DNA of 64,000 nt. Origin: Candidatus Bathyarchaeota archaeon. GTDB taxonomy: Archaea > Thermoproteota > Bathyarchaeia > Bathyarchaeales > Bathycorpusculaceae. The translations under genes were made by a program, and so were the position numbers. Position 1 is the stretch's first letter. Every line of letters begins with the position of its first letter. Positions 18,316 to 27,589 of this stretch are shown here, one piece after another. Location of the stretch: contig CAWHVC010000005.1 of the NCBI GenBank assembly GCA_963832745.1, positions 96,001 through 160,000 of the forward strand, read 5' to 3'. The notes under the pieces were generated by a model. That model did no database searches. It saw only the letters and a list, made by a program, of their open reading frames with translations, and was not told the origin of the DNA.

Positions 18316-19098
18316 TTGGCAAAAAAAGCTGAAGCAGTATTACCCTTCGCAAATATAGCCGTTTATATCGTCACTTTGATAATTAACGGGTTAGCAAACA
18401 CTACGCTGATTGGAGGCAGAACTACAGCTGATGTTTCAAACATGTATCCAACATTGATTACGCCGGCTGGGTACGTTTTTGCTATTTGGGGTATAATCTA
18501 CGTTTTATTGGCGATTTTTCTAGTCTATCAAGCATTGCCAAACCAAAGGGAAAAACCGTTCCAAAAACAGATCAGCATCTTATTCATCCTGACCTGCGTC
18601 TTTAACATTTCATGGCTGTTTCTTTGGCAAAACCTTTACCTTTCCTACTCCATCATTCTAATTCTTGGCTTTCTGCTGTCTTTGATAGCGATTTATGTAC
18701 GGCTAAACATCGGCAAATCCAATGCGTCATTAAAAGAAAAATTGGCTGTTCATTTGCCGTTCAGCGTTTACTTAGGCTGGCTAACAATTGCAACAATAGC
18801 AAACATTACTATTGCGTTAACTGCTGCAAACTGGGACGGATTCGGATTAGCACCTGAAACATGGGCGATTCTGGTTCTGGCTGTAGCTTTGCTGATTACT
18901 TTAGCGGTTATTGTTACTCGAAGAGACATTGCATATAGTTTAGTGATTATTTGGGCTCTTGCAGGAATAGCCGTTAACCAAACCGTAGGCAACGTCATTC
19001 TCACAGCCGAAATCGCCATAATCATAATCGTTATTGCATTAATTGCTGTACTGGCTGCTCACCGTTTAAGGAAAACGGGCAAAGTCGGGTCTAAATGA
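18316..19098 (+). CDS. TspO/MBR-like tryptophan-rich sensory protein
   Basis: ITPAGYVFAIWGIIY, FNISWLFLW, PFSVYLGWLTIAT. Confidence 0.85.
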   Translation: MAKKAEAVLPFANIAVYIVTLIINGLANTTLIGGRTTADVSNMYPTLITPAGYVFAIWGIIYVLLAIFLVYQALPNQREKPFQKQISILFILTCVFNISWLFLWQNLYLSYSIILILGFLLSLIAIYVRLNIGKSNASLKEKLAVHLPFSVYLGWLTIATIANITIALTAANWDGFGLAPETWAILVLAVALLITLAVIVTRRDIAYSLVIIWALAGIAVNQTVGNVILTAEIAIIIIVIALIAVLAAHRLRKTGKVGSK

Positions 19099-19643
19099 AC
19101 AGTAAAATCTTAACCTACGAACTAACTGGCGCAGTATTCATAATAATACTAGGCAGCATTCTCCATTTTACCTTCGAACTGTCAGGCAATCAGCCGGTTG
19201 TAGGCGTTTTTTCTGCGGTTAACGAAAGCGTTTGGGAACACCTCAAACTTGCGTTCTGGCCGGCGCTGCTTTTCGGATTAATCGAGTTTATACCGTTGAG
19301 GCGTATGGCTAACAATTTTGTTTTCGCCAAAACCGCAGGAATCTACCTGATGATAGCCGTTATTCCATCAATTTTTTATACCTACACTGCTTTAACTGGC
19401 AAAAGTATCCTTGTCATTGATGTAGGCTCATTTGTTGTTGCCGTAGTCTTGGGGCAACTGTTAAGCTACAAGCTGTTAACAATTCGCCAGTTTCCAAGTT
19501 GGGTAACGTGGGTTTCTTTGGTTTTTTACGCCCTTTTAGCAGCCTTGTTTGTTGTTTTCACGTTTTATCCTCCACAAACGTCCATTTTTCTTGACCCTGA
19601 ATCAGGAACTTACGGCTTCCTTTGGCGAAAATTCGTTATGTAA
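19095..19643 (+). CDS. Conserved membrane protein (DUF6512-like)
   Basis: GSILHFTFELSG, NESVWEHLKL, FTFYPP. Confidence 0.75.
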   Translation: MNSKILTYELTGAVFIIILGSILHFTFELSGNQPVVGVFSAVNESVWEHLKLAFWPALLFGLIEFIPLRRMANNFVFAKTAGIYLMIAVIPSIFYTYTALTGKSILVIDVGSFVVAVVLGQLLSYKLLTIRQFPSWVTWVSLVFYALLAALFVVFTFYPPQTSIFLDPESGTYGFLWRKFVM

Positions 19644-19686
19644 TGAAAAGTTAAGTATAAGCTTCTGAATCCTTTTATGAAGAATC

Positions 19687-20028
19687 ATGGCGTACACACG
19701 TGATGAAACAGAAAACATTGAAGTTGACTATTCAGCAAAGCAGCTTTGGGAAGGCATTCCAAAAGCACTCACTAAACTGGAATGGACAATCATAGAATCA
19801 GACAAGGAAAAGTTTCATCTAACAGTTAAAACCAAAGGCGCCTTCATGTCTTACCCTTCAAACATGAAAATCGATTTAGTCCCAGTTAACGATAAGTCCA
19901 CCCGTATATTAATTTCTGGTCAGACACCAGTCACGACCATAACTTCTGTATTGGATTTTGGCAGAACACGAGAACGCATTGAAAGATTTATTGTTACACT
20001 TGCCCAGCTTATGGAGAAGAAAAGCTAA
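19687..20028 (+). CDS. Hypothetical alpha/beta protein
   Basis: 113-aa ORF with ordinary composition. Confidence 0.75.
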   Translation: MAYTRDETENIEVDYSAKQLWEGIPKALTKLEWTIIESDKEKFHLTVKTKGAFMSYPSNMKIDLVPVNDKSTRILISGQTPVTTITSVLDFGRTRERIERFIVTLAQLMEKKS

Positions 20029-20033
20029 AAAAG

Positions 20034-20993
20034 TTATTCGTTGATTTGGGTTTTTTTAAACGCAAACCAACCTATCAATAGAAACGCTACAATGTATGCC
20101 ATTGCTATTGCAAGTCCACGAAGAGCAATGTCACCTATGGTTTCAGTGTAAAGCAATTCTGTTGCGGGCAATGTTGTATCTCCAACTTGTACTGACCAAA
20201 TATCTGTTTTAGAGAAAGTTACTTCTTTCCCAGGATACAGCAACGCGTAAACCATGTTTTGGCCTAAATTGTCGGTACCTGTGCTGATTCCAAGTGTGGT
20301 GTTGTCTGCAAGTATCATACTTCCAGTGGCTCCGCTTCCAGGTAAATAATTCAGCGCTGGCGAAGGACCAGCAAAAACTGAGATGATAGGCATCGCTATA
20401 AATAGGGAACCAAACAAGCCCAAAGCGATAATCACAGTTAGCATTGTGTTCTTTGTTATTGAGCCCATGGCGAGAAGTATTGAAACCCAAATGAAAGTGC
20501 TAATTAGGTCTCCAAGCAGTACAAGTGGAACAAGTCCCAAATCGTTTTGCGGACCATATATGAGAATAGAACCGACTGTCGTGTAAGTGAAGATTATCGT
20601 AAACGAAAGCAATATGATAACAAATGCCGCGAACAGTTTGCCTAAAAAGACTGTTGTTCGTGAAACAGGTTTAGTTAGTAAAGGTACGATTGTGCCGCTT
20701 TCAAATTCGCTAGATATACTGTTCATTGCTGTGGCAAGTGCGAATAAGAAGAAGCTGAAGCTGCCTGCGCTGTAGGTAATCGCGAATGTGGTGTCTTGGG
20801 GAATGTCGCTGCTCAACATGAGAGGCAACACTAAACCTAAGGTTGCGATGAGAAACGCGATTATTATGATGCCGATGAATTTTTTCTTACGGATGTTCCA
20901 AATCATTTCGTAACGTACAATAGCCAAGAAACGGGTAAACCAAGAATTCGAACCGACAAGCGTTTCTTGCTGGTTTTGCTGATATTGGCTCAT
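20034..20993 (-). CDS. ABC-2 type transporter permease
   Basis: ISSEFESGTIVPLLTKPVSRTTVFLGK motif; multiple TM helices. Confidence 0.9.
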   Translation of the reverse strand: MSQYQQNQQETLVGSNSWFTRFLAIVRYEMIWNIRKKKFIGIIIIAFLIATLGLVLPLMLSSDIPQDTTFAITYSAGSFSFFLFALATAMNSISSEFESGTIVPLLTKPVSRTTVFLGKLFAAFVIILLSFTIIFTYTTVGSILIYGPQNDLGLVPLVLLGDLISTFIWVSILLAMGSITKNTMLTVIIALGLFGSLFIAMPIISVFAGPSPALNYLPGSGATGSMILADNTTLGISTGTDNLGQNMVYALLYPGKEVTFSKTDIWSVQVGDTTLPATELLYTETIGDIALRGLAIAMAYIVAFLLIGWFAFKKTQINE

Positions 20994-21937
20994 TGCTTTT
21001 TGCCTCCATTGTCCTTACCGACTAACTGAATAAACACGTCTTCAAGAGTTGAAGTTTTTTGGCTCATGCCCACGATTATGCCTCCAGCGCCTGTAACTTC
21101 TTTTGACACCTTTGCCCGCACATCATCATGAGAAGTTACTTGAACGCTTAAACTGGAACCTTCCTGATAGACCTCTGAAACAAACGGCAAGTCTTTTACA
21201 GCTGAAACAATATTGCTGGTTAAGTTGGCAACTTCAAGGTGTATCATGGATGGACCAGCAAGCATGTTTGAAACCGTTTGAAGCCTGCCAGATGCCAGTG
21301 TGGCGCCTTTGTTGATGATTGTTACGTGGTCACAGATTTGTTCAACCTCAAACAGTAGGTGTGATGAAAGAAAAACGGTCATGCCTTCTTTGGAGATTTC
21401 TTTCACAAGCTCACGCACTTCCACCATGCCTACGGGGTCAAGACCAATGCTGGGCTCATCCAAAATTACAAGTTCAGGGTTATTCAAAAGAGCCTGTGCA
21501 ATGCCGATACGTTGTTGCATGCCCTTGCTGTATTTGCCGATGTAATCGTTTTCTCTGCCTTTTAAACCGACAAGGCCGATAAGTCGGGGTATCTGTTCTG
21601 CACGTTGCTGGCTTGTCATGCCGTACATTCTACCGTAAACATCCAAAAGCTCGGCACCCTTGAGATGTTTAGGAAACTTGGGTAGTTCTGGCATGTAACC
21701 GATTCTTAACCGTGAATTTGCCTCGTCAACATGAACTTCTCTGCCAAGAACCTTCGCGGAGCCTTGGCTGGGTTTAAGCAAGCCTACAAGAATTTTTATG
21801 GTTGTAGTTTTTCCTGCGCCGTTTGGTCCCAGAAAGCCGTGGATGCTGTTTTTTTGAACTTTAAGGTTTAGCTTGTTTACGGCTGTTAGGCTGCCGTAGT
21901 TTTTTGTTAGATTGTCGGTTTCTATGGCGTAATCCAT
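20990..21937 (-). CDS. ABC transporter ATP-binding protein
   Basis: GPNGAGKTT, YSKGMQQR, ILDEP, SSH. Confidence 0.95.
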   Translation of the reverse strand: MDYAIETDNLTKNYGSLTAVNKLNLKVQKNSIHGFLGPNGAGKTTTIKILVGLLKPSQGSAKVLGREVHVDEANSRLRIGYMPELPKFPKHLKGAELLDVYGRMYGMTSQQRAEQIPRLIGLVGLKGRENDYIGKYSKGMQQRIGIAQALLNNPELVILDEPSIGLDPVGMVEVRELVKEISKEGMTVFLSSHLLFEVEQICDHVTIINKGATLASGRLQTVSNMLAGPSMIHLEVANLTSNIVSAVKDLPFVSEVYQEGSSLSVQVTSHDDVRAKVSKEVTGAGGIIVGMSQKTSTLEDVFIQLVGKDNGGKKQ

Positions 21938-22028
21938 TGTTGGCGCTGGCTCCTTTACTATTCTGTTTAGCGGGATTTTAATATAAGGTTAATCTTAGTT
22001 TAGGGAGAATCTTGAGGCGGGTAACTGG

Positions 22029-22991
22029 GTGATACGGGTTATTAGTTTAAGTGAAAGCAAAGAAGAAGAAGTTAGCCTTGAGAAGCTACCTGCTGTTAAC
22101 CTGGCTAACGTTTGGGTTGAACTGGTTGACCCGTCACCTGAAGAACTGCAAGCCGTGTCAAATGCTACTAAAATTCCACCTGATTTTTTAAAGCTGCCTA
22201 AAACCCGAAACGCAATTGATTTACGCTTAGAAACAGGAATAAACATCATTACTCTTGTTGCTTTCCAAGACATCCTAAAAGCCAAGGAAGCATGCCCCGT
22301 TGTAATGGCATTCTCAAAAGATTTCCTTGTAACAGTATCTACAAAGGAAACCCAAGCCATAATCAACAACGCCAAAGCACGAATGAGCAAAACAAAAAAT
22401 GACCCCCCAAGCATAGTTGCTTACTTTATTGTGGACGAAATCATCGCAGAACACTTTGTTCTTTTAGAGCATCTTGATGATGTGACAACACAAATTGAGG
22501 GAGAAGTAGTTAACGGTGCATCAGAGAAGACGCTGAAAAAAATCTTTAACATTAAAACCAAAATGGTTAAGCTAACCAAGGTTCTCTGGTACGAACGGGG
22601 CGTTATTTCTAATCTTAAACGTTGTAGTGATACAACTTGCATGACAGCAAAAGCAAGAACATTGTTTGAGACATCTCATGAAGAATTAACTCGGCAAATC
22701 GACATTGTAGAAACTTACAGGGAAATTCTTTCAGATGCCATCAATGTCCAATTGTCGTCAACATCGAACAAGATTAACAGTTCAATTAAAAAAATGACTT
22801 TAGTTATGTACTATTTGACGCTGATAACACTGGTTACGTCTTTTCCAAACACTATTGCAACATTCTTTGGCATTTCACAGTTCGGCGCATCTAACCCGTT
22901 TGTAATTTTTACGGCAATAGCATTGTCGGTTGTTTTGCCAATAGTTGTGCTTTGGAGACGTAAATGGTTTAGCTCAAGCAGGCTAGACTAA
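22029..22991 (+). CDS. CorA/ZntB-family divalent cation transporter with an atypical signature
   Basis: WVELVDPSPEEL N-terminus, long helical stalk, two C-terminal TM helices; GIS where GMN is expected. Confidence 0.82.
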   Translation: MIRVISLSESKEEEVSLEKLPAVNLANVWVELVDPSPEELQAVSNATKIPPDFLKLPKTRNAIDLRLETGINIITLVAFQDILKAKEACPVVMAFSKDFLVTVSTKETQAIINNAKARMSKTKNDPPSIVAYFIVDEIIAEHFVLLEHLDDVTTQIEGEVVNGASEKTLKKIFNIKTKMVKLTKVLWYERGVISNLKRCSDTTCMTAKARTLFETSHEELTRQIDIVETYREILSDAINVQLSSTSNKINSSIKKMTLVMYYLTLITLVTSFPNTIATFFGISQFGASNPFVIFTAIALSVVLPIVVLWRRKWFSSSRLD

Positions 22992-23003
22992 CCCTTACAA
23001 GCG

Positions 23004-23471
23004 ATGATGGAAAGTTTTAAGGCGCATTTCAACGCAATAACCTGCATTAGGGTTGAATCTGTGCAGAATAAACAAGGACCAATAACAATCAAGGGCAGAA
23101 GCTTAGGAATAGCCACTTTAACAATTATCCAAATTCTAATCGGCATAATACACACTGTCTTGGGGCTAGTGCTTTTAGGTTCAGAAATTGCCATGGGCAC
23201 ACAGGTTTCAATCATTTACAGCATCTATACTATAGCCTTCGGGTTGCTTACGCTCTTGTCTACAGTCATGATTTGGCAGGGCAAAAAGCTTGGTTGGGCT
23301 GGCACAATCGCAGTTGCCCTTTTCGTCATTGTTGCTGACTCGTTAACGGTTCTGAATTTGCCAAGCATCCCGGGCATTCCAAGGTTTGCTGCTGCTGGTG
23401 AAATACCCTACAGCCTGTTTGTCGTTTTTTACTTGTTGCTGCCTCATGTAAGAAAGAAGTTTGGGGTTTAA
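23004..23471 (+). CDS. Hypothetical membrane protein
   Basis: About 4 TM helices; true start may be about 20 codons downstream. Confidence 0.7.
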   Translation: MMESFKAHFNAITCIRVESVQNKQGPITIKGRSLGIATLTIIQILIGIIHTVLGLVLLGSEIAMGTQVSIIYSIYTIAFGLLTLLSTVMIWQGKKLGWAGTIAVALFVIVADSLTVLNLPSIPGIPRFAAAGEIPYSLFVVFYLLLPHVRKKFGV

Positions 23472-24142
23472 GTTGGCACTGGATTGGCAGTGGAATTTTT
23501 GCGTCGGGTTATTAGCAAAAAGGCTGACGCAATAACGATTATTGCTATAATAATTATGAAGGTGTAAATTATTACTGGGTCAAGTCCGCTGCTTTCCCAC
23601 ATATTTGTTGCCGTAATCATACTGTGCATTGTGTAATTCGAGCCTGAGGATGTTCCTTCAACGCTGACGCCTGTTGCTTGGTCCCAAATGTAAGTGTTGC
23701 CAAGACTTGTAGCGGTAACAACTGTTCGTGTTGCGCCTGCATAGTTGCCTTGTTGTGTGTCGCTTATTGTTATATTACCGACACGTGAATCATAAAAACT
23801 ATCTCCGGTTTTTAGGTTGGGTGGAATGATGAAGTCATCAATAAGTTGGCCTGTTTGCAGGTTCAAGGTTGACTTTGTGTTTTCTTGTGTGCCATTAGCG
23901 TATGTTGACACGATGTTAACGTAAATCAAGGGTCCGGAAACGTCAAGAACTTGCATTCTTGCTGAGGTAATGGAATGATCAGGTGACGGTGTACCAGTAA
24001 ATGTTACTTCGTATTCTATCCAGTCGCCCGTTTTAACGCCCGCTGTTGGTTGAGCAGTTGAAACACTAATTATGCTTAAAACCAAAACAATCGAGACTAA
24101 AGCACACGCATACACTTTGAGTTTCATCAAAGAAGCCTTCAT
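23468..24142 (-). CDS. Secreted protein with C-terminal membrane anchor
   Basis: Signal peptide, GVKTGDWIEY, WDQATGV, ATNMW, TM plus RRK tail; paralogue of 48376-49041. Confidence 0.85.
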   Translation of the reverse strand: MKASLMKLKVYACALVSIVLVLSIISVSTAQPTAGVKTGDWIEYEVTFTGTPSPDHSITSARMQVLDVSGPLIYVNIVSTYANGTQENTKSTLNLQTGQLIDDFIIPPNLKTGDSFYDSRVGNITISDTQQGNYAGATRTVVTATSLGNTYIWDQATGVSVEGTSSGSNYTMHSMITATNMWESSGLDPVIIYTFIIIIAIIVIASAFLLITRRKNSTANPVPT

Positions 24143-24199
24143 TATTTGAAGCTATGTAACCTTGTTTTTATAAAATTTGCCCACCCACAGCATACACCG

Positions 24200-25576
24200 T
24201 TAAGTAGTTTGAGTTTTTCTTCGGTTAAAATATGCCCAAACCAAAACAGCACCAATAAAGAAAACTGAAGCGCCCGCACCAATCAAGATCAACCAAAAAG
24301 ATGAATCACCCTTTTCAGAAACATTAAAGCTTACGTTGTTTGATACGCCGATGTTTCCAAAATAATCAATTGCATAAACGGTTATGTTGTGGTTTCCCGG
24401 TTGAAAGGTTAGTGAAGTGTTATCTGAAACGGGTACAAGTGGTTGCCCGTCTATGCTTAGCTGTATATTGGCTGCAGGCTTGCTCACTGTGAAGTCTATG
24501 GTTACTGTGGTAGGGTACGTTTTGTTTTGGGGGAAGAGAATAGCTATTTTCGGAGGGGTTGTGTCAGTTGGCAGGTCATTTTGCGGCGTGTACTTTTCAA
24601 CTATACTTGTGGGATGGGCATTGTTTTCAATCATAACTATGGAGCCACCGATAACATAAACAGCGCCACCAACAGTGGCCAATGCAGCGTTAACTCGTGG
24701 AGTAGGCATCAAAGATGAAACACGCCAACAGTTCTCTGCAGAATCCCAAGTCAAGCTTGTAAAGTTTGGCGGTCCAGCATCCCACCACGTGTCGTCAACC
24801 CCGAAAACCCAGATTCCCGCAAGCGAACCAGTGGTTGCTGCATACGCTAAAAGGTACCCCTGCACAATAGGCGCTGCCACAGTCCAACTGTCAGTTGCTG
24901 TGTCATAAACTTGATGAGAAACCGAATAAGGAAAAGCTCCAAAAACGTGAATTTTACCATCCAAGACCGCTGAGGCGCAACTCCAAATCAACCTTAAATC
25001 CGGCTTAAACGGCATCGACGTCTTGGTGGTCCAAGTGCCTGTTGCAGGGTCGTAAACCTCGGTAACGTTTGAGTTGCCACCGAAAAGATATATTTTATCA
25101 TCAACTACTGATGCGGTTACGCCGACACGGGGTGTTGGCATATCCGTTTTGGTCACCCAAGTATCGGTAGCAGGGTCGTAAACCTCGTTAACGCTTGAAA
25201 CCATGACTTGCCCATCCTTAAAACCAGTTGTTCCACCGATGCAGTAAATTTTGCCGTCCACAACCGCTGTTGCGAAGCTGGCGCGTGGCGTTGGCATATC
25301 GGTTTGGGTAATCCACTGGTTGCTTTCAGGGTCATATTTTTCGTTGGCGCCTGTGCAGGTTATGTAGCTTGGAGGATCAATGACTCCGCCGATAGCGTAG
25401 ATTTCCCCATTTACCACTGCTACGCCAAGGCTTGCCCGTGCGACGTGCATGGATGTTTTAGTTTCCCAAGCGGTTGAAGTAGATGCTTGTGCGGGATTAA
25501 TTGTGAGGCAGGTAACCATTAAAAGCGCAATAAGTGCTAGAGTAACTTTTACTTGCATATTTTGCCTCAAAAGCAA
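24200..25576 (-). CDS. Surface Kelch-repeat beta-propeller with Ig-like domain and TM anchor
   Basis: Repeated MPTPR...IY(C/A)IGG...YDP...W units; NITVYAIDYFGN Ig-like motif. Confidence 0.92.
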   Translation of the reverse strand: MLLRQNMQVKVTLALIALLMVTCLTINPAQASTSTAWETKTSMHVARASLGVAVVNGEIYAIGGVIDPPSYITCTGANEKYDPESNQWITQTDMPTPRASFATAVVDGKIYCIGGTTGFKDGQVMVSSVNEVYDPATDTWVTKTDMPTPRVGVTASVVDDKIYLFGGNSNVTEVYDPATGTWTTKTSMPFKPDLRLIWSCASAVLDGKIHVFGAFPYSVSHQVYDTATDSWTVAAPIVQGYLLAYAATTGSLAGIWVFGVDDTWWDAGPPNFTSLTWDSAENCWRVSSLMPTPRVNAALATVGGAVYVIGGSIVMIENNAHPTSIVEKYTPQNDLPTDTTPPKIAILFPQNKTYPTTVTIDFTVSKPAANIQLSIDGQPLVPVSDNTSLTFQPGNHNITVYAIDYFGNIGVSNNVSFNVSEKGDSSFWLILIGAGASVFFIGAVLVWAYFNRRKTQTT

Positions 25577-25611
25577 TTACGCTGATTATGTTAAATAGAC
25601 TTGTTGTTTCC

Positions 25612-26097
25612 TTAAAGCGCTACTTCATATGTCATGTATCCGTAGCTTAACTCGTTACCAGTCACTGAAGGAAATACAACAAACTGTTTTCCCTCATAAG
25701 ACGCAGTAAGTTCAAACCAGCAGTTTCTTGTTATTTCAATTACAAACCTGTCTGAACAGTTAGGCACATTGTAGATTTCAACAAAAGCCTCTATATCACC
25801 ATGTTTTTCTTGTCCATCTTGAAAAACCCAAAAGTTAACTGTTGTCTGGTTGTAATCTCCGCTGTCTTCTTCACGAAGTTCAAACCAGATGCATTCTCGT
25901 GTGCCAGTGGAGGGAAAAGCTAGGTCAGTGATGTTAATCAGTAATCGCTCTTTTATTTGATAGATTTCTCGGTAAAGGGCGTAATGTTGCTTTTCGGAAG
26001 AACTAATTGATTGCAAAGTCTGGGGCAAAAAGCTGCCTAACAGTAACCCGATTAAAAGACTGATACCTATGCAAGCGGCTAAACGGTTTCTTGACAT
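25612..26097 (-). CDS. Hypothetical protein with N-terminal TM/signal
   Basis: 161-aa ORF. Confidence 0.65.
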   Translation of the reverse strand: MSRNRLAACIGISLLIGLLLGSFLPQTLQSISSSEKQHYALYREIYQIKERLLINITDLAFPSTGTRECIWFELREEDSGDYNQTTVNFWVFQDGQEKHGDIEAFVEIYNVPNCSDRFVIEITRNCWFELTASYEGKQFVVFPSVTGNELSYGYMTYEVAL

Positions 26098-26140
26098 AAT
26101 TTTCAGTTAGGTTAATGATTAAAAGCCGTTTAAAGATTTC

Positions 26141-26239
26141 ACCAACCTATTTGGTTCCTATTAGAAATTGTATGCAGAAACCTATAGGTTTTTGCATAGA
26201 ACTGCTATTAGGATCCTAATAGACGCCAAATAGGTTGGT
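26141..26239. repeat. Copy B of CCTATAGG-core element: two right arms head-to-head, nested palindromes
   Basis: ACCAACCTATTTGG/CCAAATAGGTTGGT (14-bp IR), 28-bp near-perfect palindrome 26171-26198, perfect 18-bp palindrome 26205-26222; 38/42 identity to 59144-59185. Confidence 0.9.
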
Positions 26240-26550
26240 AAACAACATAGCGAAAGCAAAGACAGCACAATAACAAACAGGCGATGCTACAGTTTTTCGT
26301 TAAGTTACTGAATTTCTTGCACTCTACTCAAAATTAGCAAACCCGCCAACTACATCAACAACAAAAAGCCTCAATCTAACGTACTAACGACTTAGCTTTT
26401 CAAGAAATAGAACTGCTATCATGTACTTTATTGGTTTTTGGGTTCCAAGGCGGTTTGGCGTTGATTTGGTTGTTATGCTTTTTTTGAACATTTTTCTGTT
26501 TTTGTGCTGATAAAATTTATAAGCAGGCATGCACACCTGTGCTTTAGGTG

Positions 26551-26569
26551 AAGCGGTGCAGAACCGCTT
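26551..26569 (+). promoter_or_regulatory. Inverted repeat at the probable transcription start of the orf-grpE-dnaK operon
   Basis: AAGCGGT-GCAGA-ACCGCTT about 30 nt after TTTATAA (26516-26522). Confidence 0.5.
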
Positions 26570-26585
26570 TTACACTGGTGAACGT

Positions 26586-26996
26586 ATGCGTAGAAGCTTA
26601 ACAGTAACTCCAGAAAACGACAAAAAAATCTTGCTTACCAAAGGACGATTCCTCACAGGAGACGCCCCACTCGACATCGACTACACAACAATGGTCAACA
26701 TCTTCATAGAACTCGGACACAAACTCATGACCGCCGCATGGACAGACAACACAAACCCAACCGTTACCATCGACAAAAACGAAATAGTAGAAGCCTTCAA
26801 AAAACATGCGTTTAGCGCAGAACTGAAAGAAGAATCCGTAGGAGACCAAGTCGCCGAAATCATCTTCAAAAAACTAATAGAACAAGCAGGCCTCGCCAAC
26901 GCAACTCCAAACCAGCAAGACCAACAACCAACCCCTGCCCTGCCAACACAACAATCAACCACAAAAGAAACAACAACCGAAAAATACATCACTTAA
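26586..26996 (+). CDS. Hypothetical protein heading the grpE-dnaK operon (possible ribbon-helix-helix-like regulator)
   Basis: ATG 26586 preceded by GGTGA SD; N-terminus MRRSLTVTPEND; ends 26 nt before grpE. Confidence 0.7.
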   Translation: MRRSLTVTPENDKKILLTKGRFLTGDAPLDIDYTTMVNIFIELGHKLMTAAWTDNTNPTVTIDKNEIVEAFKKHAFSAELKEESVGDQVAEIIFKKLIEQAGLANATPNQQDQQPTPALPTQQSTTKETTTEKYIT

Positions 26997-27022
26997 ACTT
27001 AACCTAGAGGAGCCAAACACGT

Positions 27023-27589
27023 ATGGTTGACGACAAAGAAACAAAAACCAAGCCTGAACCTCAACCGGCAGATTTTGAGAAGCTTCTTGAAGCAGAAAAG
27101 AAGCTTTCAGAAGACTACCTTACCAGACTAAAATACATGCAAGCAGACTTTGAAAACCTCAAACGCCGCTTTGACCGGGAAACTGAGCAAATTAGAAACC
27201 ATAGCAATGAACGCTTAGTAACCTCGCTCCTCGACGTAGTTGATGAACTAGAGTTGGCAGTCAAAGTGGGGAAATGCGCAGAAAACCCTCAGAAAACCCT
27301 GCTTGAAGGCGTTGAAATGACGCTTAAGAAACTCAAAAAGGTGCTTGAGCAAGAAGGAGTCTCAGAATTGCCTTGTGTTGAAGGCAAAGTTTTCGACCCT
27401 GCAACAGCAAACGCCGTCCTCACAGAAGAACGCGAAGACTGTGAAGACTGCAGCATCCTGCAAATCATCAGGAAAGGCTACTGTATGAAGGGTCGCGTGA
27501 TTCGTCCAAGTGTAGTAAAAGTTTCAGTTAAAGGTAAACAAAAACAAGAAAAACAAAATCAAAGTAACCAAACGGAGGAAAAAAAGTAA
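27023..27589 (+). CDS. grpE: Nucleotide exchange factor GrpE
   Basis: QADFENLKRR, LLDVVDELE, FDP, KGY...RVIRPSVVKV. Confidence 0.96.
   Translation: MVDDKETKTKPEPQPADFEKLLEAEKKLSEDYLTRLKYMQADFENLKRRFDRETEQIRNHSNERLVTSLLDVVDELELAVKVGKCAENPQKTLLEGVEMTLKKLKKVLEQEGVSELPCVEGKVFDPATANAVLTEEREDCEDCSILQIIRKGYCMKGRVIRPSVVKVSVKGKQKQEKQNQSNQTEEKK

Noticed and set aside
24900-25320. Repeated DNA such as GCAGGGTCGTAAACCTCG and GTTGGCATATC
   Set aside because: Explained by Kelch repeats in the encoded protein; not CRISPR or a DGR template/variable pair
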